This document shows positions 40,240-51,867 of a stretch of DNA of 63,737 bases, one piece after another. Each line of letters begins with the position of its first letter. Position 1 is the first letter of the stretch. Below the pieces are notes generated by a model, which saw only the letters and a list, made by a program, of their open reading frames with translations, did no database searches and was not told the DNA's origin. Origin of the DNA: Schmidtea nova (lineage: Eukaryota); NCBI GenBank assembly GCA_044892505.1, contig CM097883.1, forward strand, positions 257,734,001-257,797,737, read 5' to 3'. A program made the translations under genes and the position numbers.

Positions 40240-40800
40240 TTGTGAATTACTTAAACATTATAATACAAATTCGTCACACAAAAGAGATTATACAATTTGT
40301 AGTAAAATCGCTTTAAAAAGTTTTAAAAAAGATGATCAACTGTACTACCAATACTTTTAAAGATGTACAAAAGATGGCAGTTACTATTCCGTTTGGTTCA
40401 TATGAATATTTGTACATGCCGTTTGGGTCAACAATGCAACACTCGCATTTCAAAGACACACAGACTCAGCACTGTCAATTTGCTTGTTTGCCCACATCTA
40501 CATAGACTACATCTTAATCACTTAAGAAAGCGTGAAAGAACACAATGAACACTTGAAAAAAGTATTAAAGCGACTGCACTTACAAGTAAACTGGGAAAAT
40601 TATACATTTTACATGAAATCTGTACCGTTTTCAGGACACAATATGTCAAGCAAAGGACACTCTACTGTCCGAACAAATTGCCAATATAAAAAAGATTCTT
40701 ATACTAAAAACTACGAAATAACTCAGAGGTTTTTCTTGGCGCCCTTCTCTTTTGTCCTCGACACATCTCAAAATGTTCCAATTTGACGGCTAATCTTGTA
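40240..40800 (+). pseudogene. Ty3/Gypsy reverse transcriptase fragment
   Basis: KMAVTIPFGSYEYLYMPFG, EHNEHLKKVLKRL, VPFSGH; heavily degraded. Confidence 0.7.
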
Positions 40801-41698
40801 AAGGTTAGTACAGGTAAAAACATACAAAAATAAATTGAACCAAGACAGTTGCAGACAAATTTGATAGTTTACAAAAAAAAGCCAAGGAAAAAAAGCCATG
40901 GGAAAAAAAGCCATAAAAAAAGCCAAAAACAATTTAGATAATGTCACAATTATAAATTCATTTAATGAATATTTAAGTTAAGCAAAACCATAAAAAAGTA
41001 TATAAAATGTTAAATAATATTTCAAATGAAAATTTAAATTAGACAAATTTTCATAACTATTACTTTTATTACTATTGTTTATACGAATGGTTGACCAAAT
41101 CTGATGTTATGACTGACACAACGAAGAAACTGAGCGATATTTATTTATTTTATTTTATTATTTAAAATATTAAAAATTATGAATGAATGAATTAAATTTG
41201 AGCACACTTCAAACAAACCATTTTTTTAGTATAGATTGAGCATATAAAATACATACAAATTAAATACAGAGCTTTTATTTACACATTTGTGACATTTTTT
41301 TCTTCTTTTTTCCGTTGGCTTTTCTTCCGGCAACCCATTTTGATTAATTCTAAAGTTAACACTTCTAGAATAAGTTCATATAACAACGCAACATACAGTA
41401 AAATTGGTACACCTGAGATCAAAAACATTTTACACGCAAGAAACAATGTAAACAAACAGTTGCGTTTTACAGATTACAACTGTGTCAAATATCCATCTGA
41501 AATAATTCGGTTACAAAAAACGAGAAATAAGTGGATTAATCTATTCATAAATATGAAATATTAATTAATTTTATATTTGTATATATGTATGTGTATATGT
41601 GTATATATTCAAGTTCTGTTTCATTTTCTTAATCTTTCTCGCTTATTGATCGAACGGCCGAGTGGTGTAATGCCGTTACATGATTAGATCAAAATTTT

Positions 41699-42050
41699 TA
41701 GAAATCTTGGATATTATTCGCAACCACAAATTCCAATACGATTTTATATAGAAAATATTTTAATAATTAATATTATTTGAATTATGTTTTTTTAAAAGTG
41801 TAAAAAAAGAAACGGAAATTAGTTAAAAGTAATATGAAAAGATAATTTATTAATAAAAAAAAATAGTTATAAATTAGAAATCTTGGATATTATCGCAACC
41901 ACAAATTCCAATACGATTTTATATAGAAAATATTTTAATAATTATTATTATTTGAATTATGTTTTTTTAAAAGTGTAAAAAAAGAAACGAAAATTAGTTA
42001 AAAGTAATATGAAAAGATAATTTATTAATAAATAAAAATAGTTATAAATT
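41699..42050. repeat. Tandem duplication, 2 x ~176 bp
   Basis: tagaaatcttggatatt...gcaaccacaaattccaatacg at 41699 and 41875. Confidence 0.85.
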
Positions 42051-42703
42051 ATTATTAAATTATATTTTCGCCTCCAATTATTATCATGAATTACCCACTA
42101 ATTTCCACATCTATCAAACATTTCGCCCTCAATATCGGGGAGTTTGTTCCAATCACGGTATTTACATAAATAAAGTTAACAATATCACAATTCCACACAG
42201 CCATTGTGTTATAGATATGTGACCCGCTTCCACATAAAATATTTTAAATAATTAGAAAATTCAATGGTATCACTTAATACTTTTCAAAATAGTTAAAAAG
42301 ACAATTTTTAAGGAAATTTCTTACGTTAAAAGTCAAATCGCATAAACATCGGCATGGACAACAAGGACCTCTAATGGTGCCGACAGGCTCATCTGTTGAA
42401 TCGATAATAGAAACATTTGGTGAACAACAGGAACATCTTTAAATATAATTATAAACCAATTTTTTTTAACTGAGTTACTAATTAAAATAAATAATGAAAG
42501 ATACAATTTTGATCAATTATGAAAATGCAACATTTAATTGCTGTTCAAAATATATTCTTCTAAAGTCGCTCTTAAATAAAAATTTTAAAAATGAAATAAA
42601 AATAATAAAAAAATATAATAATAAAAATAAATAAACAAAGTTATTAAATTGAGAGATAAGTTAAACTAATAATTAATAATTAAATGATTTTCATATTAAT
42701 TCT

Positions 42704-42830
42704 TGTAAGACTAGATCAAAAATTATTTACAGTTATTAGTTACACGATCTTTGGCACAGCCTTTATCACTTGATAAGGGCTGTTTCGAAATATCGTGTAC
42801 CTAACAACCTAAGAAATTTCACCTATAATC
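42704..42830. repeat. Palindromic short element, copy 2
   Basis: taagactagatcaaaa...ggcacagcctttatcac-ttgataagggctgtttcgaaatatcgtg. Confidence 0.7.
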
Positions 42831-44835
42831 TTTTAAAGATTAATATAACAATTATTGAATTGAAAAATGAGATCAAAGTTGAAACCNNNNNNNNNNNNNN
42901 NNNNNNNNNNNNNNNNNNNNNNNNNNNNNNNNNNNNNNNNNNNNNNNNNNNNNNNNNNNNNNNNNNNNNNNNNNNNNNNNNNNNNNNNNNNNNNNNNNNN
43001 NNNNNNNNNNNNNNNNNNNNNNNNNNNNNNNNNNNNNNNNNNNNNNNNNNNNNNNNNNNNNNNNNNNNNNNNNNNNNNNNNNNNNNNNNNNNNNNNNNNN
43101 NNNNNNNNNNNNNNNNNNNNNNNNNNNNNAAATAGAATTTTGTTTGAATTCATCGAAAATTAAAAGGAACAAGTTTAAAAACGCACGATAAAGCATTACG
43201 CAGTAAATTAACGCAAAAGAAATAAAACAGTGAAGTACAATAGTAATCATACTAACCGCATCCGATAAGTCGGTCAAGATAGGGCTTAAACGATAGAAAG
43301 AGGCATCTCAAAAGAGAGCCCACAATTTGAGTGCAGGTCGCATTTACGCACGAATGATCGCACGAGAATTGAATGGGGAAGATCATTGCTTGTATAAAAA
43401 TAAAGAAAGCATGATCAAGGAATAAAATTGACATCAGATTAAAGAAAATAATGTACTAAAAATCAAAGGAAAAATCCCTATTTAAATATCGGAAAAATAA
43501 AAGAGGTCGGAATAAAAATAGAATTCAATTAAAGTTGATTGTTTTAATCAATCAATAAATAAACAAAAACAAAGAACACACACATCATTTATCGGAATTA
43601 AAATCAAATATCTTAAATATAAATAAATAAAATTATAAAATAAAATTTACAAAAAATTAAATAAATAATCGGTTATTGAAACAAATAAATTGAGTTTCAA
43701 TCATAATATAATCAATTGAATGAAAACATGCGTGGGTGTCAGTATATTTTAGAATAAATAGACGCAAAAAATCAGTCGAATTAACTCAGTTAATTTCTGC
43801 AAGTTAGAACAAAATGTTGATTTCGTGTTTCGCCAGCCAGTCGCGTAGGTGAGTAGGTTTGTTTGTGTATATTGCTAATGGTAATCTGTAATGAACATGT
43901 TATGTGAATGGTATTCAATAAATATTTTGAATCATAAAATTTTATCATTATTCGCGGGTAAACCCTCAGAACATCCGGGGAAAAAATATATAAGGGTACG
44001 TACTGATGGTCTCGCGACCTGATGGGCAATAAATGACCTCTCGTCCTAACTCTCTTCGGAAGGTTAGGCAATGCGGCGTACTTGAACCAAATTTGGGTGG
44101 AAGAAAAAGGGATTTCAATGAGAATTCATCGTTTTGGTGAACTAATTGAGAAGGAATAAAGGTATATTGTTGATAGCGGAAAGTAATGGATAGTAAGGAG
44201 GAAAATCATGTGATAGGACCGAAAAGAAAGTAGATGCGTAAGTCCTTCTATCGGCAGCAAGAACCCAAAAGAGAGAATTTAGTGAGGAGTAGTTTCAGCA
44301 ACGGAGCTCACCTGCTCACTAGATTCTCGCCACCGTGTACAGTACCAACATAGTTATTTGGGGAATGACTATGGGTGCACGTGTGTGATGAAGTAATATT
44401 TATGTTGTGGTGTGGGTTGTGTTAACCCCTAGTAATTTTTGTAACAANNNNNNNNNNNNNNNNNNNNNNNNNNNNNNNNNNNNNNNNNNNNNNNNNNNNN
44501 NNNNNNNNNNNNNNNNNNNNNNNNNNNNNNNNNNNNNNNNNNNNNNNNNNNNNNNNNNNNNNNNNNNNNNNNNNNNNNNNNNNNNNNNNNNNNNNNNNNN
44601 NNNNNNNNNNNNNNNNNNNNNNNNNNNNNNNNNNNNNNNNNNNNNNNNNNNNNNNNNNNNNNNNNNNNNNNNNNNNNNNNNNNNNNNNNNNNNNNNNNNN
44701 NNNNNNNNNNNNNNNNNNNNNNNNNNNNNNNNNNNNNNNNNNNNNNNNNNNNNNNNNNNNNNNNNNNNNNNNNNNNNNNNNNNNNNTTCACCTTTGATCT
44801 TTTTTTAATTTTATTATCAATAATTCTCATAATGA

Positions 44836-44981
44836 TAAGACTAGATCAAAATTTCTTTAAATAAGTACACAATATTTCAGCACAGCCTTTATCAAGTTTG
44901 TATTACTATTAATACACACTTGATAAAGGCTGTGCCGAAATATTGTGTACATATTTAAAGAAATTTTGATCTATAGTCTTA
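44836..44981. repeat. Palindromic short element, copy 3 (near-perfect 146-bp hairpin)
   Basis: taagactagatcaaaatttctttaaat...atttaaagaaattttgatctatagtctta. Confidence 0.85.
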
Positions 44982-45762
44982 CCATNNNNNNNNNNNNNNN
45001 NNNNNNNNNNNNNNNNNNNNNNNNNNNNNNNNNNNNNNNNNNNNNNNNNNNNNNNNNNNNNNNNNNNNNNNNNNNNNNNNNNNNNNNNNNNNNNNNNNNN
45101 NNNNNNNNNNNNNNNNNNNNNNNNNNNNNNNNNNNNNNNNNNNNNNNNNNNNNNNNNNNNNNNNNNNNNNNNNNNNNNNNNNNNNNNNNNNNNNNNNNNN
45201 NNNNNNNNNNNNNNNNNNNNNNNNNNNNNNNNNNNNNNNNNNNNNNNAATTATAATAACTATAATATTTATAAAAATAAATTAAAGTTATTAATTTGTAC
45301 TAGATAATAAAAATAAAATAAGATAATTAAAATTAAAATTAATTGAAATTGATGAAAAAATAAAATGTAACAAATAAATAATAATTTTAAGAAACATTTT
45401 TCAACCTCCTACAATACATTATACATAAAATCATCAATACCAACTTGCTAGTAAAAGCAAACACGCATAAGCTACGGATAAGAAATGGAAGTTAAAGGTT
45501 CTTCAGTGGCATTTCTACTTTCGACGTTTGAATCTTGCGTCTTAAATAATAGCCAAATGTTTGAATACAAAATCCTAAATTTGAAAAAACTAATACTTTT
45601 TAAGAGAGAATGCGATAATTTTCCTGTAAAAACATCTTCAAATACTTGAAATAATAAACAAACATTTAAAGTAACTTTTAAATTTTCACAACTTGCACCG
45701 AAAACCATAATTCAAAATTAATACTCATTTTTAATATAAATGTACAATAAAAATAGAAATAC

Positions 45763-45858
45763 TTTTGTCTAGCAAATCCTAAAAAGTTCTTATCTCCATC
45801 GGAAACTGTTATTCTATGATTGCAAAACACACAATCTAAACAACACCATGCATCACAT
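45763..45858 (-). CDS. Phospholipid scramblase-like exon (CDAWCCLDCVFCNHRITVSD...LGFARQ)
   Basis: Cys-rich palmitoylation-type motif of PLSCR; 48-bp GT-AG intron 45859-45906 upstream; link to the 38794 exon unresolved. Confidence 0.82.
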
Positions 45859-45906
45859 CTAATTAAAACAAAATAAAAAAACTTTATATGTTCAATAATA
45901 GGAAAC

Positions 45907-46024
45907 CTGCACGAATGTCGTTGCATATACATGATAGCACGACGATTATTATCATAAGCTACCATTCTGAACCCCCTGGCTGGACCACACCACCATCGAC
46001 TACAGCAATTGTTGCAATCCGGCT
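45907..46024 (-). CDS. Phospholipid scramblase-like exon (PDCNNCCSRWWCGPARGFRMVAYDN...MQRHSC)
   Basis: Resembles PLSCR DCCTRNCCGPSRPF...DN; 45-bp intron upstream. Confidence 0.88.
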
Positions 46025-46069
46025 CTGAATTATTTTATAATTTAAATAAAGCAAAATATAATTTATTAC

Positions 46070-46138
46070 TCTCCAGAATTCTCAAAATAGTATTTCCATT
46101 CTCATCAAATACTTTGTACGAATTTCCATGACAACATT
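46070..46138 (-). CDS. Phospholipid scramblase-like exon (ECCHGNSYKVFDENGNTILRILE)
   Basis: Resembles ET.NKY.I.N..GQ; GT-AG boundaries, phase consistent. Confidence 0.8.
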
Positions 46139-46183
46139 CTGAATGGAAAACAAATTGTAAAACGAGTGAAATAATTCATTTAC

Positions 46184-46322
46184 CCTTCAAATCTCTTGGC
46201 ATTTGTTGTTGCACCCTTACATTTTGTAATCCATCTAAAACCTCCAAGCTTCGAGAATAATAGACAGGAGGTGGATCAACAATTTGACCTTCGGAGTCAA
46301 CTTTGGAATTAGAAGCACCCAT
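46184..46322 (-). CDS. Phospholipid scramblase-like, probable first coding exon (MGASNS...SLEVLDGLQNVRVQQQ)
   Basis: Resembles PLSCR GLEYL..IDQ..IHQQ; MGxxxS myristoylation-like start; donor gtaaat at 46183. Confidence 0.78.
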
Positions 46323-47599
46323 ACCTTAAAGTCTTCAGAGTGTTCTTCTATGAAATCGATTTCAGAAATATTAAAATGTCAACTGATAAACTAAAAGATA
46401 GTAATAGATACAATTTTTCGTTTTTGATATTTATGGTGGCCTGTTTGATTAATTAATTAAACAAATAATCAAATAGAAAGTTGATTCTTAGATTTTGTAG
46501 AAGTAGCATTTTTCAAACAGACAAAATGCTTTCACTATCAAGTGAGGGTTGAAGCGATTTTGTGTATATTAAATAAATTTATTTTTAAAAAATAATTCAA
46601 TTTTGTCTGTTTTCTGTATGATATGNNNNNNNNNNNNNNNNNNNNNNNNNNNNNNNNNNNNNNNNNNNNNNNNNNNNNNNNNNNNNNNNNNNNNNNNNNN
46701 NNNNNNNNNNNNNNNNNNNNNNNNNNNNNNNNNNNNNNNNNNNNNNNNNNNNNNNNNNNAACTCTGTTCATATTAAGCAGGGTTGACTGTACCTATATTT
46801 ATCTATAATGATTGATTGTTAAATGAAATTCTTTTATAAATAAATAATGTAAAAAAAAATTTTTAAAAAATTTTAAATTATAATTAAAAAATCATATATC
46901 TTGTTCAAAAATTGAATTTAAGTAATATTTTCCACAAAAAACTCATTTTCTTTGATTTTGTTGCTGAAATCTTCGAAAGTTCCTTAGAAAGGTATTGTAA
47001 TCAAGGTGTGTAGAGAATGTATCAGAGCACAAAATTTACAATAAAGCAATATGAACCATCTTTTTTCTCAATTTTTTTCAACCCCAATGAAATTTTTCAA
47101 TTTTTCAGAAATTGAATAATATGACTCATTATATTTTTTAAAAATATTTCTATGTCCGTTTAACAAAGAACATTTTTCGAAACAAAGACATGTTATGCAT
47201 CTATATTGCATTGCCATTGCACTTGGATTGCATGCCAAATAATTTAATGTTACTAAAATTATATGAAATTGATGTAGACGTATGTGTTTATTAGTCATGA
47301 ACTTACATTGCATTTCTTTTACACCCGGATTGCAAAATAATTTATTATTATTATTATTATTATTATTAAGAATTTTATTAAATATAACAAGTTTGTCTTT
47401 TTACAGGTACAGATAAGATATTCAGCATGGAATATTACAACAACAATCATATGTTAAAAAACTGCTGCATCTTTTCGTGGATCTGATCTTTAATTGGAAT
47501 TCTTTATCCAGCTTTGCGACATTTCTCAGTTGAATTCATCTTTCTAAAATATAAATGGTTTTGTCGCAGAATGTTTTATTTCGAAAATTAACTTTAACT

Positions 47600-49817
47600 T
47601 GAATTGTCAGATCAAAAGAGGTTTAATATTTACATACTTTTATAATTAAAACAAATGTATTTTACAAAACATTATAATAATTTAAATTAATTTAAATTAA
47701 TTTAATTAATACTATTTATATTTAATTACACAAAGTTTGGTATGAAAGTACCAAATTTTAGCTGAATGTGCAATATTACTTATTGCACAATCTTTCAACA
47801 GTGTCTTAATTCTTTTCTCCTGGACCCCCATATTTAATAATAGATTCATTGTCTTAGGTTCGAATGATCCCAAGGAGCGAATTATACAAGTAAAAAATTC
47901 AACTTTAAAGTCTGGTTTAACTGCTTGTATCTCAGATCTTAGATTTTCGTATTTTTCCAAGTTTAGTTTGTCACTCAACTCAACGTTTGAAACAGAATCA
48001 ACTGGACATTTCATGTCTACTAAAAGTATTGTATTCGTTTCAGTATTTGTTATTAAAAAGTCAACGCGTTCAGTCGAATTCGGTGAAAGGGAACATTTGT
48101 GATCGACGACAACGAGTAAATTTGGATTTTTAAGTTCATTTTTGATTTTATCTATACAAGCATTGTGTTTATTTGTAGCTAAAGATTGATTGATTTTACA
48201 TTTTTGTAAAACGTGAAGTATCGTTTCATCCTCAGATTTACACCTACGACACAGATGATTCTCGCCAGTTTTATGTGGTTTGGCAAATGTTGAGAGAGTT
48301 TTGTTCGTGCATGATGAACGAATTTCCATTCGAATTCTGTCAAATCACTCCGGAAAATAAGCTTATTTACAAGAGGACAGAATTTAATCGCAGAGACGAG
48401 AAGATTACTATGATTACTCATTTCCCATTTTTCGAGATATGAAACTTGTATTGCAGAATGCAATATTTTTGACAACGCCTTTCTTAGAGTTGGTTATAAG
48501 ATGCGTGTGCCAGTTAATGTTGTAGTGATACGAATTGAAAGATTTTCTTTGCCAGTTTCAAATAATAGTTTGATGATGTGAACTCTGGCAAAGTAAGCAA
48601 TAGATGTTCTTAATCGGTAAAAGCGAGTTTTACCACCGCTGTGATTTTGTTTACTCTCTTTTCCATTAACCCATTCTAAAGAGTTGGATTTTTAATTTCA
48701 AGTCTTGGACTCGTAACAAACAAGAGTGAAAAGGTATTTATCGTTTTCGAGTATTTGCAAGGTGATTTTAGCAAACGATAAAAGTATACAATCGTCTATG
48801 CAAGCAGATCTATGCAACCAGCTCCACCAGTTTCCGTTGCATTATAAAAATAACTAATTTCATAATAGTTCGGTAAGTTTAAAATCTTTTTTAAATGGCT
48901 TCTCAGTAGACTAGTATTATTAACATTTATTCTTGAATTATTTTGGGGATTAGCAAAAGAACTGGTTTTTATTTCCCTAGTTCTAATTGGAAAAATAAGC
49001 CAAGAATGCAAAAACATTTTATAAGCCTTAAGTTTTTGCCAGCCATGAAGATCAGAATTAGCAATCTTTTTAGTGTCTTCAATGACTTTTCTGACGATTT
49101 CATAGGGACTTTGATGATTATTCTCACCTGTTGGTACACCCAAATATTGGTAAAATTCATTTGTCGTTATCTTTTTTATGTATTCTTTGTTGACATCAAT
49201 TTCACTTACAATTTCAACCTTTGGATATTGAATATATGCGCATTTTTCAGGACGATATTCAAATCCGATTTCATTAGCAGTACTGATAGCAATGTCTATC
49301 AATGTCTGTAAATTAAATGTATTCGTCGCGATAAGAACTATGTCATCTGCATAAGCCAACACTTGTACAGGAGAAGTCCTTATCATAAATGGATTAACAT
49401 TCGACAAGTTTATAGCTTCAAGAACTGGATTGATGGCTATTGAAGAGTATCATTGAGATTGGACAACCTTGCTTGACACCTTTCTTTTTCAGAATGTCTG
49501 GTGTCTGCGTTTTTTAGGCAATAAAATGAGCTTGTGTCTGTGTAAATTAGTTTTAATATCTTTTCACTAAACGTTCATGTGTCTTAAAAGTGTCCACATG
49601 TAGTCCTGTGGAACACTACCGAACGCGTCTTTTATGTCGAGCCAAGCTATAGTCACAGGTAAGGATTTACTATATTTCGATTGTTCGACAATCGCAGAAA
49701 GAATTGAATTATGTTCAATACATCCCTCGAATTCCGAACCACCCTTTTGGCCAACGTGTAATAGTGAGTTATTTCTGATCCACATATTAAGACGATAGTA
49801 GACAGAAGTGTGCACCA
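47600..49817 (-). mobile_element. 5'-truncated non-LTR retrotransposon with restriction-like endonuclease (R2/NeSL-type), defective
   Basis: WLDIKDAFGSVP, KGVKQGCPIS, YADDIVL, CCHC (CRRCKSEDETILHVLQKC), REL (RVDFLI...LVDMK...KY); frameshifts. Confidence 0.88.
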
Positions 49818-49973
49818 TGAGTCATCGCAGAACAAAGGAAATGACGTCATCGATGAGTCACCCATACCCCCGATGACTCACCGATGACTCGCCAATGACT
49901 CACTGATGACTCATCAATGACTCATTACATGACTCATTACAAATTTGAATTTTATGACGTCATCGATGACTCA
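49818..49973. promoter_or_regulatory. Array of AP-1/CRE consensus sites
   Basis: Eight perfect TGA(C/G)TCA plus two TGACGTCA in 156 bp, central run at 11-bp period; function not shown. Confidence 0.5.
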
Positions 49974-50336
49974 TTTCAAATTCAAATTTTAAATTTAAAT
50001 TTCCAAGGGTCAAATAAGGTCAAACCTTCAAACAAGGGTATCATTCGAAAGGTCTTGGAGAAGTCAATCCAACGGTCATACCCCCAAAGGTGTATGGAGG
50101 GTCCTTAACCTTCAAAGGGTCAAAAACCTTTAACCTTTTTCAAACCTTATAATATACATATCATTTGAAAGGTAAATAAAGGGTGCACACAATGATCATA
50201 CATTCGAAGGTCTATGGTGGGTGCTCAACCTTCGAAGGGTACAAAACCTTCAAACATTATTATATCATTCGAAAGGTAATTGTCAGGTAAATACGGTGTG
50301 TGTGTCTTATAAATTTTCCTACCCCAATTACAACAA

Positions 50337-50437
50337 AGACATTGCAATCCATGTGCAACGAAACCAAGACATTGCAATCCATGTGCAACGAAACCAAGAC
50401 ATTGCAATCCATGTGCAACGAAACAAAGACATTGCAA
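50337..50437. repeat. 30-bp tandem repeat, ~3.3 copies
   Basis: agacattgcaatccatgtgcaacgaaacca. Confidence 0.9.
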
Positions 50438-51030
50438 TATTAACAAAAACTAATCAAATTTTTTTATATATATTGTTGCGAACGTGNNNNNNNNNNNNNN
50501 NNNNNNNNNNNNNNNNNNNNNNNNNNNNNNNNNNNNNNNNNNNNNNNNNNNNNNNNNNNNNNNNNNNNNNNNNNNNNNNNNNNNNNNNNNNNNNNNNNNN
50601 NNNNNNNNNNNNNNNNNNNNNNNNNNNNNNNNNNNNNNNNNNNNNNNNNNNNNNNNNNNNNNNNNNNNNNNNNNNNNNNNNNNNNNNNNNNNNNNNNNNN
50701 NNNNNNNNNNNNNNNNNNNNNNNNNNNNNNNNNNNNNNNNNNNNNNNNNNNNNNNNNNNNNNNNNNNNNNNNNNNNNNNNNNNNNNNNNNNNNNNNNNNN
50801 NNNNNNNNNNNNNNNNNNNNNNNNNNNNNNNNNNNNNNNNNNNNNNNNNNNNNNNNNNNNNNNNNNNNNNNNNNNNNNNNNNNNNNNNNNNNNNNNNNNN
50901 NNNNNNNNNNNNNNNNNNNNNNNNNNNNNNNNNNNNNNNNNNNNNNNNNNNNNNNNNNNNNNNNNNNNNNNNNNNNNNNNNNNNNNNNNNNNNNNNNNNN
51001 NNNNNNNNNNNNNNNNNNNNNNNNNNNNNN

Positions 51031-51803
51031 AAAGCTTTATTAAGAATTTTATTGTCAAATGATTCGAGCAAAATGATTCGAGCAAAATGATTCGATATTA
51101 GAGACAATATAGCGATTTGACCAACATTGTGTGTCGACAGAACTGAAGGCTCATCGTAATGAAATAATAAAGTTTCGAAAATAGAAAGGTCACAATTAAA
51201 GTTATCTAATTTCACAAATTTGGCACAACCATCAGGTTCGGCACCTGGTTTTGCAGACGAGAATCCTTTATATCCTAACTGAAGCATTGCTGGTTCGATG
51301 TCAGATAAGTAATATGAAATTTCAACTTCTTGGAGACAGAAAATGTCACAATTTAAATTCTCCAGATCCTTCTTAATATTTATCCATCGAATTGGCCAGT
51401 CAAGAAATCTCTGATCGCAATTTTCATAAAGAACATAACCATTAACCAAATGACATTGAGCCAAAATATTGAGACTGGAACTCATCATTTGAAAACCAAA
51501 TTTCCCGAACCATAGCATAGAAAACTTCCTTTTAAAACAAATTCTTCCATTCAAAATTTCATATCCAAACTTAAAAGACCGAAATTTCCCGAACAGTTAA
51601 ACTAAATTGCAATATTTAAACAATTCCAAAAATTCTACCTGAAATTCAATTCTCAAATTAATTACAACTCGAACGCGCACACAGACGCGAATAAACACAA
51701 CACCACAGACGGTGAGGGAAAAACGCGCACACAGACGCGATAAGTTATTAACAAACGCACAAAAAACAGCCAAAGTTTGCTCAGGCAAACCTTGGCTGAA
51801 ACA
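51031..51803 (-). repeat. BEL element 3' LTR (contains Angel-like fragment; distal end in gap)
   Basis: Starts TGTTTCAG directly after the polypurine tract; matches 62991-63726. Confidence 0.85.
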
Positions 51804-51817
51804 TTTCCTCCCACCTT
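51804..51817 (-). other. Polypurine tract of BEL element
   Basis: aaggtgggaggaaa immediately before TGT. Confidence 0.75.
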
Positions 51818-51867
51818 GATCTCTTCTAGCGGATCAACCGACCTATTCATCTCTGGGGGGCCAACCT

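Noticed and set aside
43200-44400. Possible LTR/PBS remnant (tggcgag on minus strand)
   Set aside because: Match too short, with no paired LTR or coding motifs.
46960-47530. Candidate exons of an additional host gene
   Set aside because: Open stretches lack recognisable motifs or consistent splice phases.
35825-51085. Numerous ORF-track entries spanning N runs
   Set aside because: Artefacts of assembly gaps.
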